Shown: positions 54,080 to 63,607, counted from the stretch's first letter. The stretch is 64,000 bases of DNA from Acidobacteriota bacterium (GCA_965205505.1 CBDBHB010000006.1:224001-288000), one strand, 5' to 3'. Notes: generated by a model not told the origin, from the sequence alone. Made by a program: numbers and translations.

Positions 54080-54218
54080 AAGCTGTGTTCGGTTCCGACG
54101 GCTGGCCGAGAGTGTCCCCCTCTCTCGACCAGCCCCCGGCATGCTGCCTCCCTTGTTGCTGCAGCGTTCTCCGCATTGTGGAGCGACGCGTTGAGGCACC
54201 GCGAACATCGGCCAATCC

Positions 54219-55433
54219 TCAGATTTTGTTGACCAGCTCGAACATCGGCAGATACATCGAGATGACGATCCCGCCGATGACCACGCCGAGGAAGACGATC
54301 ATCACTGGCTCGAGCAGCGAGGTCAGGCTCTCGACCGCGGTATCGACCTGTTCTTCATAAAAGTCAGCGATCTTGCTCAGCATCGTGTCGAGCGCACCGG
54401 TCTCCTCTCCGACAGCGATCATCTGAGTGACCATCGGCGGGAAGGCTTTCGAGCTCGCCAGCGGCTTGGCGAGTGACTTACCCGCCTCGACGCTCTTGCG
54501 CGTTGCCATGATGGCGTCCTTGACAACGCGATTGCCCGCCGTCTTGGCCGTGCTGCTCAGTGCCTCGAGGATCGGGACGCCGGACGAAACCAGGGTGCCG
54601 AAGGTTCGGCAGAAGCGGGCCACCGCGATCTTGCGCGTCAGCAACCCGAAGACCGGCAGCTTGAGCACGATAGAGTCGATGAAGAGTTCGCCGGTGTCGG
54701 TCCGGTACCACTTACGGCCCGCATAAATTCCGACGATGATGCCGATGATCAGAAACGGCATGTAGGCGCCCACGAAGTTCGACGCCATTACTACGATGCG
54801 GGTGGGCAACGGCAGCTGTGCGCCCAACCCGGCGAACATGGTGGCAAAGGTCGGGATCACCTTCCAGAGGATGATCAGGACAACCACGCAGGCCACCGTG
54901 ATGATCACGGCGGGATAGATCGAGGCGGATTTCACCGCACGCTTCAGCTTGACTGACTTTTCGATGTAGTTCGCCAGGCGACGCAAAATGATGTCGAGGA
55001 TACCCCCCGCCTCACCGGCGGAGATCATGTTGCAGTACAGGGGGGTGAAGACCTGCTCGTACTGCGCCATGGCGGTCGCGAGGTTGGCGCCGCCCTCCAT
55101 CTCGTTTCTTATGCTTGCGAGCACGTCGCTGAACGCTTTGTTGTCGGCTTGCTTGGAAAGAATGTCGAGGCACTGAACCAACGGCAGGCCGGCATCGATC
55201 ATCACCGAGAACTGCCGCGTGAATACGGAGACCTCCTCCTGCGTCACTTTGGTCCGATTACCGATTCCGAACGGCAGCTTGAACGTACGCTGCTGTCCCG
55301 CGGGCTCGACCACGGTCACCCGGATACGTTGGCGGCGCAGCAAGCGCGCTACTTCGTCCGCGGAACCAGCCGCCACAGTGCCACTGGTCGCTTTGCCATC
55401 TCTTCCCACGCCCTTGTACTGGTATTGCCCCAC
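54219..55433 (-). CDS. pilC: Type IV pilus inner-membrane platform protein
   Basis: FTRQFSVMIDAGLPL, AGEAGG.LD, LPLPT, MIAVGEETG.LD and LLEP. Confidence 0.95.
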   Translation of the reverse strand: MGQYQYKGVGRDGKATSGTVAAGSADEVARLLRRQRIRVTVVEPAGQQRTFKLPFGIGNRTKVTQEEVSVFTRQFSVMIDAGLPLVQCLDILSKQADNKAFSDVLASIRNEMEGGANLATAMAQYEQVFTPLYCNMISAGEAGGILDIILRRLANYIEKSVKLKRAVKSASIYPAVIITVACVVVLIILWKVIPTFATMFAGLGAQLPLPTRIVVMASNFVGAYMPFLIIGIIVGIYAGRKWYRTDTGELFIDSIVLKLPVFGLLTRKIAVARFCRTFGTLVSSGVPILEALSSTAKTAGNRVVKDAIMATRKSVEAGKSLAKPLASSKAFPPMVTQMIAVGEETGALDTMLSKIADFYEEQVDTAVESLTSLLEPVMIVFLGVVIGGIVISMYLPMFELVNKI

Positions 55434-55435
55434 CG

Positions 55436-56721
55436 TTACCTCCTGCGACCGATCCGTCGCACGCGCGATCTCGACGGCTCGTTACCCTTGCTCAGACCTA
55501 CGCGTTCCGCGACTTCGCGGTCCAATCGCGTGCGTCCCTTTGATGCGTCGTTGAAACGCTCGAGCATGGCGATGAGTTCTTTCTCGTCGCCCGCGGCACC
55601 AAGCGCCACCTCAGCAGTGATCTTCTCTTCCATGACCAGGCGCGCCAGGTCTTGGCTATAACGTCGTCATCCCATGCTCGGCCTGACCGGATTGCATCGC
55701 CGAATAGATCTGATGGATCTTGGACTCCCTGATGAGGTTTCGGATCGCCAGGTTCGGAATCAGGATCTCTTGCGCGAGCACGCGGCCCTTGCCCGATGCA
55801 TGACGCACCAGCGTCTGCGAGATGGCTGCCAGCAGCGTGAATGACAGCTGCGTGCGAATCTGCGCCTGCTGCCCGCTCGGAAAGATGTCAATGACGCGGT
55901 TGATCGTTTGCACCGCCGAGTTGGTGTGCAGCGTGGCAAATGTCAAGTGGCCGGTCTCGGCAAGTTTCAGCGCCAGCTCAGTTGACTCCAGGTCGCGCAT
56001 CTCGCCGATGAGCATCGCAATCCGGATCCTCACGCAGGGCCGAACGCATGGCGGCAGCGAACGAGAGTGTGTCTGCGCCGAGCTCGCGTTGGTTGACGAT
56101 CGAGCGCTGGTGCGTGTGTAGGTACTCGATCGGATCCTCGATGGTGATGATATGGTGCGCCTTTTCACGGTTGATCAGATCGATCATGGCGGCGAGCGTG
56201 GTGCTCTTACCCGAGCCCGTCGGACCGGTCACCAGCACCAGGCCACGTGGCTTTCGGCAGATGTCGGCGATCACCTCCGGCAGGCCGAGAGCCTCGAACG
56301 ACGGGATGCACCACGGGACGAGGCGCAGCGCCCCGGCGATCGAGCCACGCTGGATGAAGACGTTGGCACGGAAGCGGGCCATGTCCTTGAGACCGAACGA
56401 GAAGTCCACTTCGAGGGTCTCTTCAAGCTTCGCTCGCTGTTCCTCGGTCATTACCGAGTACAGCAGCTCCTGCGTCTCGTGCTGCGCGAGCGGTGCGTAT
56501 TCCATCGGGCGCAGGTCGCCGTCAACGCGCACCTGGGGTGGCACACCTGGCGTTATGTGAAGGTCAGACGCCTCCAGCTCCAGAACCTGGCGCAAGAGCT
56601 CGGCCAGATCTACGGCCCTCTCCGTGCTCGGCGGTGAAGCGGCGTCTAGGACCGCTTCCAGCTGTGGCGCGGCTTCGGCAGGCGACGAGCCATCTGCATA
56701 GGAGGAGTCGGAATCATTCAT
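55436..56721 (-). pseudogene. pilT: Retraction ATPase PilT with two +1 frameshifts (near 56019 and 55658)
   Basis: ASDLH, GPTGSGKSTT, TIEDPIE and ALREDPD, then LIGEMRD, AETGHL, TLHTNSA and AIRNLIRE, then SQDLARLVMEEKI, spread over three frames. Confidence 0.9.
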
Positions 56722-56820
56722 TAAAAGACTTCAGAAGTAGTTCTTAATGTCAAAATCTCTGTATCAGAATGTATTGCATTGTTAAAATGTTTGTAAATCC
56801 TTTTTAAGATGATAAATTAT

Positions 56821-56870
56821 ATGTTTAGTTATTACGAGTTATTAAAAGTTATTATAACTTATCATAAGTA
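56821..56870. repeat. 10-bp-period degenerate tandem repeat in an AT-rich island
   Basis: ATGTTTAGTT/ATTACGAGTT/ATTAAAAGTT/ATTATAACTT/ATCATAAGTA. Confidence 0.65.
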
Positions 56871-56986
56871 ACAAAAATCTACCCGCGGCCGGTAATGGTA
56901 GCTTCAGTCGCTTTGCTGCCAGGTAGTTGAGACGGCCGCGTGAGCCGAACCTACGCACCGCGTCGATGGGCGATGCGGCGTGGCGC

Positions 56987-58000
56987 TCAGCCAGCCCGTG
57001 TGGCCGGCACCGCGGGACTCTGGAAGCGCTCGAGATACCAGGCCACCGTCTGCTCCAAGCCGGCGGCAAAGTCGACTCAGGGCAGATAACCGATGGCGTG
57101 CTGGGCGTGCTCGATGGCCGCCTGCGAATCACGCACGTCGCCCACGCGAGCAGGCGCGAACTCGGGCTCTAGCGAGGTACCGAGGATCGCATTGACAGCT
57201 TCGACGAGCTGTAGCAGACAATAGCGCTCGCCCACTCCGATGTTGGCCACGGTACTGCGACCGCTTGCAGCCGGCTCGCCCTCGCCAACGCAATCGATAC
57301 CGGCCGCCAACAAGTTGGCGCCTACCGCGTTCTCCACGAAGGTGAAGTCGCGCGACTGGCGACCATCGCCGTAGATGATGGGTGACAAGCCGTCGAGCAT
57401 GCGCTGGATGAACTTGGGCACGACGGCAGCGTAATTGGAGGTTGGGTCCTGACGTGGCCCGAAAATATTGAAGTAGCGTAGAGCCACCGTGCGGGTGCCG
57501 TACTGGCGAGCCCAAATCGCCAGCAACTCCTCCCCGACCGCCTTGCTGAGAGCGTACGGAGAGAGCGGCTCCAAAGGCATATCCTCGTGCTTCGGCAGGG
57601 TTGGCGAGTCGCCGTACACCGACGATGAGCTAGCCATAACGACCCGGTCCACCGCTAGCTTTCGGCAGGCCTCGAGCAGCGTTGCGGTGCCCTCGATATT
57701 GACTCGAAGCGTCGACGCCGGGTCGTCGAACGAACGTGGCACAGAAGGAATCGCAGCCTGGTGGAAGACCGCCTCGGCACCGTCGAGCGCGGTATGGATG
57801 GCCGTCTCGTCGAGGATGTCGGCGGTCAGTAGAGTCAGATCGCCGGCATGCTCGCCGGCCGAGGCGCGTGCGTCGTCGAGATTGTTGCGAGTCCCCGAGG
57901 ATAAATTGTCGACGACGACAACATCGTGACCACGCCGCAGCAGCGCTTCGGTCAGGTGCGATCCGATGAAGCCCGCGCCACCAGTCACCACGTACTTCAC
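56987..58000 (-). pseudogene. NAD-dependent nucleotide-sugar epimerase (WbpP/GalE-like) with a premature TGA at 57077-57079
   Basis: TGGAGFIGS, SSSSVYG, YALSK, LRYFNIFGPRQ and GDG.QSRDF. After GYLP* the frame continues VDFAAGLEQTVAWY, the family's usual last helix. Confidence 0.8.
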
Positions 58001-59757
58001 AACGCTGTCTCCCTCAACACTTCTTCGATCGATGTCACACCCTGCCAGATCTTCACCAATCCACTCTCGCGCAAGGTGATCATCCCGGCGCTTCGCGCCT
58101 CGGATCTGATCTCCTCGTTGGTCGCGCCGTTGACGATCATCTCACGCAACCTCGCGCTGATCCGCATCACCTCGAACAGGGCGATGCGACCCTTGTAGCC
58201 TGTCCCGAGGCAGGCGTCGCAGCCGACCGGGTGGAAGACGGTGACGGCCATCGCCTCCTCCGGCGACAGGCCGATCTCGACCAGCGCCTCCGGATCCGGA
58301 GTGGACACCTCGCGGCAATTCTTGCACAACCGACGGATCAACCGCTGCGCCACCACGAGCTGCACCGACGACGACACCAGAAAACGCTCCACGCCCATGT
58401 CGACCATCCGGTTGATCGTTGAAGGAGCATCGTTGGTGTGCAGCGTCGAGAGCACGAGATGTCCGGTGAGCGCGGCCTTGATGGCAATGTTCGCCGTCTC
58501 GGCGTCGCGAATCTCACCCACCAGGATCGTGTTGGGATCCTGGCGAAGGAACGCCTTCAGCGCGGTGGGAAACGTCAGCCCCACCGCCTCGTTGATTTGC
58601 ACCTGGTTGATCCCCTCGAGGTTGAACTCGACTGGATCTTCTGCAGTCATGATGTTGGTGTCGGCGCTGTTGACGGTCGAGAGCGCCGAATACAAGGTGT
58701 TGGTCTTGCCTGAGCCGGTCGGGCCGGTGACCAGCACGATGCCGAACGGAAGTCGTATCGATTGCTCGAAGCGCTCCAACGATGCCTTCTCGAAGCCGAG
58801 ATCGGCCAGGTTGAGCTTCAGTCCCTCGGGGTCAAGCAAGCGCATGACGATCTTCTCGCCCCAGATCGTCGGAAGCGTCGACACGCGCAGGTCGAGCTCC
58901 CGAATGCGCTCAGCAAGCTTGACGCGGATCTTGATACGCCCGTCCTGCGGTCGGCGACGCTCGGAGATGTCGAGCTCAGACATGATCTTGATGCGCGATG
59001 CGATCGCTTGTTGCAGATGTTTGGGAGGCTCCATCACCTCGTAGAGCAAGCCATCGATCCGGTAGCGCACGCGCAGCCGCTTTTCGTATGGCTCGATGTG
59101 GACGTCGGACGCCTCGCGGCGCAGCGCGTCAGTGACCAGTAGGTTGACGAGCTTGATGACAGGTGCGTCGCCGCTGGCCCTCGAGAGCGCCTCGAGGTCG
59201 ATTTCTTCCTCGTCCTCGACGATCTCCACGTCGCCGGGGTTGCGGATCTCTTCCTCGAGATCCGTCATCATCTGGCGCATCTTGGCGTCATCATGACTGC
59301 CGTAGAGAGCGCTTATAGCGTCGCTCACGGCGCGATCGGCGGCGACCATCGGCTTTACCCGCAGGCCGGTCGCGAACTCGATGTCATCGATCGCCACCAC
59401 GTCTGTGGGGTCGACCATGGCCAAAGTGAGGCTCTGTGAGTCGGCTGCTACTGGAACCGCGAGATAGCGTTTCGCCATCTCCTGTGGCACGAGGCTCAAG
59501 ACTGTGCTCGACACGTCCAGGTTCTGGAGGTCGGCGGCAGGAACGCCGAACTGGCGCGACAGCAGATCGATGAGATCTTCTTCGCTCAGCAGCTCCAGCA
59601 CTACGAGAATGTTGCCGAGTCGCTCGCCGGTCTCCGCCTGCATCTGCAGGGCGCGCTCGAGGTCGGCCTCCGAAACCAATCCCGACTCGACGACGATCCG
59701 GCCGAGTCGAACGGTCGCACTGGCCGCCTTACGACCCGCGGTCGCTCTGCTGCCCAT
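57997..59757 (-). CDS. pilB: Type IV pilus extension ATPase with an MshEN domain
   Basis: RLG..…GLV…L..AL..Q-RLG repeat, ASDVHIEP, PQDGRI, GPTGSGKT, LRQDP, TGHLV.STLH and tetra-Cys. Confidence 0.95.
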   Translation of the reverse strand: MGSRATAGRKAASATVRLGRIVVESGLVSEADLERALQMQAETGERLGNILVVLELLSEEDLIDLLSRQFGVPAADLQNLDVSSTVLSLVPQEMAKRYLAVPVAADSQSLTLAMVDPTDVVAIDDIEFATGLRVKPMVAADRAVSDAISALYGSHDDAKMRQMMTDLEEEIRNPGDVEIVEDEEEIDLEALSRASGDAPVIKLVNLLVTDALRREASDVHIEPYEKRLRVRYRIDGLLYEVMEPPKHLQQAIASRIKIMSELDISERRRPQDGRIKIRVKLAERIRELDLRVSTLPTIWGEKIVMRLLDPEGLKLNLADLGFEKASLERFEQSIRLPFGIVLVTGPTGSGKTNTLYSALSTVNSADTNIMTAEDPVEFNLEGINQVQINEAVGLTFPTALKAFLRQDPNTILVGEIRDAETANIAIKAALTGHLVLSTLHTNDAPSTINRMVDMGVERFLVSSSVQLVVAQRLIRRLCKNCREVSTPDPEALVEIGLSPEEAMAVTVFHPVGCDACLGTGYKGRIALFEVMRISARLREMIVNGATNEEIRSEARSAGMITLRESGLVKIWQGVTSIEEVLRETAL

Positions 59758-59920
59758 ATCCGACGTGCGCTGCTGCTTTGGCGCCAAGTTGACTCCCGAA
59801 ATGGCTCTACCGGGAACGACCCATGCCACTTGATAGACGGCCGGCGGACGTTCCCGTACTAACCGTTGAACGCTCGAGAACGTTATGACGAGATTACTTA
59901 GAATTACTATGCAACTCAAA

Positions 59921-59935
59921 GCACAAACATGGCCA
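59921..59935 (-). promoter_or_regulatory. Possible sigma54 promoter upstream of pilB
   Basis: Minus strand TGGCCATGTTTGTGC has GG-N10-GC spacing but deviates from the consensus. Confidence 0.35.
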
Positions 59936-60096
59936 CTAAAAGATAAAAAGAGATAGCTAGCGACCCTCCTGGACGTTCTAAGTCGCCCAGGGTCCCGTTG
60001 CGAGACTGTCGGTGTATCCTCGAGGAGGGCCGACGGCGGAGGCGGCCGGTCCCACAGCCACCCGTAAGGGCTGGGACGGATTCCCGACTCAGGACA

Positions 60097-60452
60097 CTAG
60101 TGGCCTGTAACAGATGATCGTTGCATATCGCAGATGGGATTTGCGGGTGAGATCAAGGCGCGGCGAGGAAGGCGATGCTAGCAGGCCGTGATGGAAGTGT
60201 GGTGGGTCTGGCAAATGGGACTCACGGGCTAGGGCAAGGATCGACGACGAGGCGATGTTTGCCCATCGTCGAGGAGGAGAGACGCCGCCATCGCCCGTGA
60301 CTCCCACTTACCCTACGGGTTACGCCGCCAAGGGCGCGTCTGCGGCGTTGCTCCTCCTCGAAGATGGGCAAACATCGTCTCGTCGTCGCGCCTGGCATCC
60401 GGACCCATTTCGCCACCACGATATGCAACGATCATCTGTTACAGGCCACTAG
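60097..60452. mobile_element. 356-bp family B MITE with perfect 34-bp terminal inverted repeats and a nested family A insert
   Basis: CTAGTGGCCTGTAACAGATGATCGTTGCATATCG at 60097-60130 and its exact reverse complement at 60419-60452. Internal 38-bp inverted repeat (60242-60279 / 60351-60388, 36/38). Family A end at 60178-60212. Confidence 0.88.
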
Positions 60453-61138
60453 CGTCGGGGAATCAGCCCCTGACCGGAAGGGGCTCGCGTGCCACCGTCG
60501 AGGGGTCTGGCGGCGCCGGCCGCGACCGCCTGCCCACCGACAAACACCCACTGGCTGTACTTCGTTCTGTCGCCATAGACGCGCAACGACGTCTCTGCGG
60601 AGTGCGAGACAACGCCGACGATAGCGTTCTCGCCTCCGGCCCCAGCGCTGGCCAGCCGCAAAGTGGACCGCCCTATCGTCGTCGCGCTCGATGCGACGCC
60701 GGTGGCGAGGCCCCCCCGATCATCGGCAGAGCCCTGATCGACTGGTCCAGCATTGCTCGCGAGCCCGGCTGCAGCGTCGTTGTCGTCCACCCCGGCGCCG
60801 AGTAGCGCGGCAATCGTCCCATCAGCGACATCCTGTTGGCGGAGGACGCGCCACTGACCGTCGCTCGCCATCGGGTCGCGGTACAACCGCCGTAGACAAT
60901 TCGTCTCCACCAACTGTTCGAACCGTGTCAACGGCTGCCCGGTGCTGGCTTGCTCATAGCACCCGACGGCGCGCGCGATCTGCTCGCCGCGCCATATGAG
61001 CTCGGCCTCGCGTGCCCGGCGCCCGAGGGTGCGCGTCGACGTAACCGCAACGGCGAGCGACACGTTGATCACCGCCACCGCCACCATCAAGCCGACGAGC
61101 GTGTAGCCGGACTCGCCTCCACCATCAGGTTGCTGCAT
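60449..61138 (-). CDS. Type II secretion-like pseudopilin (no E5)
   Basis: GYTLVGLMVAV, REAELIWRGEQI..A, LRRLYRDPM, IVGVVS and YSQWVF. Confidence 0.8.
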   Translation of the reverse strand: MQQPDGGGESGYTLVGLMVAVAVINVSLAVAVTSTRTLGRRAREAELIWRGEQIARAVGCYEQASTGQPLTRFEQLVETNCLRRLYRDPMASDGQWRVLRQQDVADGTIAALLGAGVDDNDAAAGLASNAGPVDQGSADDRGGLATGVASSATTIGRSTLRLASAGAGGENAIVGVVSHSAETSLRVYGDRTKYSQWVFVGGQAVAAGAARPLDGGTRAPSGQGLIPRR

Positions 61139-61141
61139 CAA

Positions 61142-61573
61142 CTACCACTCCCTGTACGGAACGCCGTTGAGACCATCCCCGTCGGCGCCCGAAAAGACGT
61201 TCCAGATTCCGGCCGGCTGCCCCTGGTCAATCATCATCCATGGGGCGACCTCGGTTTCCCAGGTGTCGTCCGAGCGGGTGAGCGGATCCACGGGCAGGCT
61301 ACGCAAGTAGCCGTCGCGCACCAGGTCGTCCAGCGCCTCCGGATAGGCACCCTTGTCGGTGAGGTACTCTTCGAGGCTGTCGCGCAAGCGCTGTAGATCC
61401 TCCTTGAGGACGGCCTCACGTGCACGCACCACCGCATCTTGGTAGGCTGGGAGCGCATAGACGACCAGGATACCGAGCACTGCCATCACGACGATGAGCT
61501 CCAGCAACGAGAAGCCGGGCGCGCCCACCCTACGATCACAGCACCGTCCGAAGAGCGTACGGAACTCACCCAT
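61142..61573 (-). CDS. GspG-like pseudopilin
   Basis: GFSLLELIVVM, AREAVLKEDL, YP..LDDLV..GYLR.LPVDP and G..YREW. Confidence 0.88.
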   Translation of the reverse strand: MGEFRTLFGRCCDRRVGAPGFSLLELIVVMAVLGILVVYALPAYQDAVVRAREAVLKEDLQRLRDSLEEYLTDKGAYPEALDDLVRDGYLRSLPVDPLTRSDDTWETEVAPWMMIDQGQPAGIWNVFSGADGDGLNGVPYREW

Positions 61574-62624
61574 CGACAGCGTCCTCGCCGGACCATCTCA
61601 GCACTGCAGTGCGTAGGCCCTCCTCGCGCGCCGCGATGCGCTCATAGATCTCGCCGATTCGATGCCACGGCACCACCGATGAGACGAGATCGCCGGCCGG
61701 CAGGCTACCGTCGAGAATCAGCTCCAGGAGGTATGCCGCGTTGCGGCGTATGGTGAAGCGAATATCGCGCGCATCGATTTCGACATCGGGAGTGTAACCG
61801 CACGAGATCAAGCTCAGCTGCTTGCGATAGAACCACTGCGGATCGAGCGGGTTGAACGGCGGCGTAGGATGGCGCCGCCCCGGGAAGCCCAACAAGCAAA
61901 TGCGTCCCCCGGGCCGCACGAGCTCGATTGCCAGTCGTAGATCGTCCCAGCTGCTGCTCGTGAGCACCACTATGTCAATGCCGGTGTTGGCCGTGTTGGC
62001 GGCGATGCGCCCCTTGGTGTCGTCATCGTACGACTTGCCGAACAGCATCCGAGCACCGACGTCGATCGCGATTCTCGCCGATGGAAGGTCGCTAAAGGCA
62101 AACACCCGGGCACCAAATCGACTTGCTACCGCGACGGTTGCCAGGCCGAGAGTACCTAGTCCAACGACGGCGACGTACTGACCCGGCTTCAGGTCTCCGC
62201 GAAGCAGAGCGCTGTATCCCTGATGAAACAGATACGTCGTCGTCGCCTCAGCCAGCTGTTGCTCTTCGTAGTCGCGATACGGCAAGCGCAGCAGGATCTC
62301 GTCGTCGTCGCAGACAAAGTGGCTCCGGTGCGACTGCAAGGTCAAGATCAGATCACCCACGCGAAAGCGCGTAACCCAATCGCCGACCGCAATCACCCGC
62401 GCCAGGTTGCAGTAGCCAACGACCTTGGTGAACTTGCGATCGGCTCGCAGAGGCTGTAGGCCCTCGTACACGGCAAGCTCGGTGCCGGGCGAGATCGCCG
62501 TGTAGAGGGTCTCGGCGGCTACCTCGCGCTGACCGATGCCCTCGAGGATCAGTGTCTCGCTCTCGATCCGGACCTCGCGTGGTCCGGCTATCTGGACAAC
62601 GTTGGTCTCTACGGTGGGTCGCAT
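61566..62624 (-). CDS. MDR-superfamily (zinc-binding type) alcohol/sugar dehydrogenase
   Basis: AISPGTE, VGY....V..VG..V..FRVGD and Rossmann VVGLGTLG. Confidence 0.82.
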   Translation of the reverse strand: MRPTVETNVVQIAGPREVRIESETLILEGIGQREVAAETLYTAISPGTELAVYEGLQPLRADRKFTKVVGYCNLARVIAVGDWVTRFRVGDLILTLQSHRSHFVCDDDEILLRLPYRDYEEQQLAEATTTYLFHQGYSALLRGDLKPGQYVAVVGLGTLGLATVAVASRFGARVFAFSDLPSARIAIDVGARMLFGKSYDDDTKGRIAANTANTGIDIVVLTSSSWDDLRLAIELVRPGGRICLLGFPGRRHPTPPFNPLDPQWFYRKQLSLISCGYTPDVEIDARDIRFTIRRNAAYLLELILDGSLPAGDLVSSVVPWHRIGEIYERIAAREEGLRTAVLRWSGEDAVDG

Positions 62625-62656
62625 GGTTGTTCGTCACGGATTGGCGCAGCCGACCG

Positions 62657-63607
62657 TCACCAGTCGCGGTACCGGGTGCCGTCGATCGCTTGCGCGAGGC
62701 TCTTGGAGTAGACATCGAACACGTCCTTGCCACACCACAGGCGGTCGTCGGGCGGCTCACCGTAGCAACGTAAGCCCCACTCCGCCGTGCCGGTGAACGG
62801 GTCCACCGGCAGCCGTCGTAGGAAGACCAGCATGACCGGCTGGCCATCGGGCCCGAGCAGCGGTTGCTGCTGAGCGGCCTGCGTTTGGCCCGCCCCGCCG
62901 AGCAGGCCGGACAGGCCTCCCGCTGCCTGCTGCCCTCCCTGTAGGTTGCTGCCCGGTGCGAACGCGGTCGACCCCGGTCGCTGACCCTGCATCACCGGCC
63001 CGCCTGTCGACCCCGGGGTCCGACCCCCGAGCTGCAGCCCCGACCCGGCAGCCGTCTGCTGTTGGCTGAACGGCCCGCGCCCTGGTCCGGCGGCCGGCCG
63101 CTGGGCGCCGGGAGGGCTCAGCGAGCCGAACCCACCACCGGGCTGCTGCTGTGGCTGGATAGTGCCAAAACCGGTCGGTTGACCCTGCGATCCGGGCAGG
63201 CCCTGGCCGGCGCCCTGGGCCTGCGCGTTGGCCAGCTGTCCTTGGATGCCGCCCGTCAGGCCGGGGCCAGTAGCGGTGTATGCATCGGACACCGCCGGCG
63301 CCAGCGGAGGCATCTGACCAAGCAGCGGCACGCCCTCGAGCAACTGGTCCAGGCTCGGCGGATAGCCTGTATTCCCCTCGTCCACCTGAATCAGTCCGGC
63401 GGCCGCGGCATCACGGTACTGGTCGATGGCGTTGCGCAGGACACGCAGGTTCTGTTGCAACTCGAACTCCCGATTGCGCTTCACGGTCCAGCGTGCGAGC
63501 GGCAGTGCCGCAGACGCAAGAATGCCGACGATGGCAACCACGATCACCAACTCGATGAGCGTGAACCCGCCGGTTGCGCGCGCACGCGTTCGAGGGCGGC
63601 ACCTCAC
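62657..63607 (-). CDS. GspG-like pseudopilin with a long Gln/Gly/Pro-rich insertion
   Basis: GFTLIELVIVVAIVGILA, REFEL..NL...RNAIDQY, GYPPSLDQLLEGV, the insertion, then FLRRLPVDPFTG, DVFDVYSKS and DGTRYRDW. Confidence 0.88.
   Translation of the reverse strand: MRCRPRTRARATGGFTLIELVIVVAIVGILASAALPLARWTVKRNREFELQQNLRVLRNAIDQYRDAAAAGLIQVDEGNTGYPPSLDQLLEGVPLLGQMPPLAPAVSDAYTATGPGLTGGIQGQLANAQAQGAGQGLPGSQGQPTGFGTIQPQQQPGGGFGSLSPPGAQRPAAGPGRGPFSQQQTAAGSGLQLGGRTPGSTGGPVMQGQRPGSTAFAPGSNLQGGQQAAGGLSGLLGGAGQTQAAQQQPLLGPDGQPVMLVFLRRLPVDPFTGTAEWGLRCYGEPPDDRLWCGKDVFDVYSKSLAQAIDGTRYRDW

Noticed and set aside
44100-56025. Programmed frameshifting or phase variation at the pil frameshifts
   Set aside because: The sites are not long homopolymers, simple-sequence repeats or slippery heptamers.
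56821-56870. CRISPR array or plasmid iterons
   Set aside because: The units are 10 bp, degenerate and have no spacers, and no cas or rep gene is present in the window.
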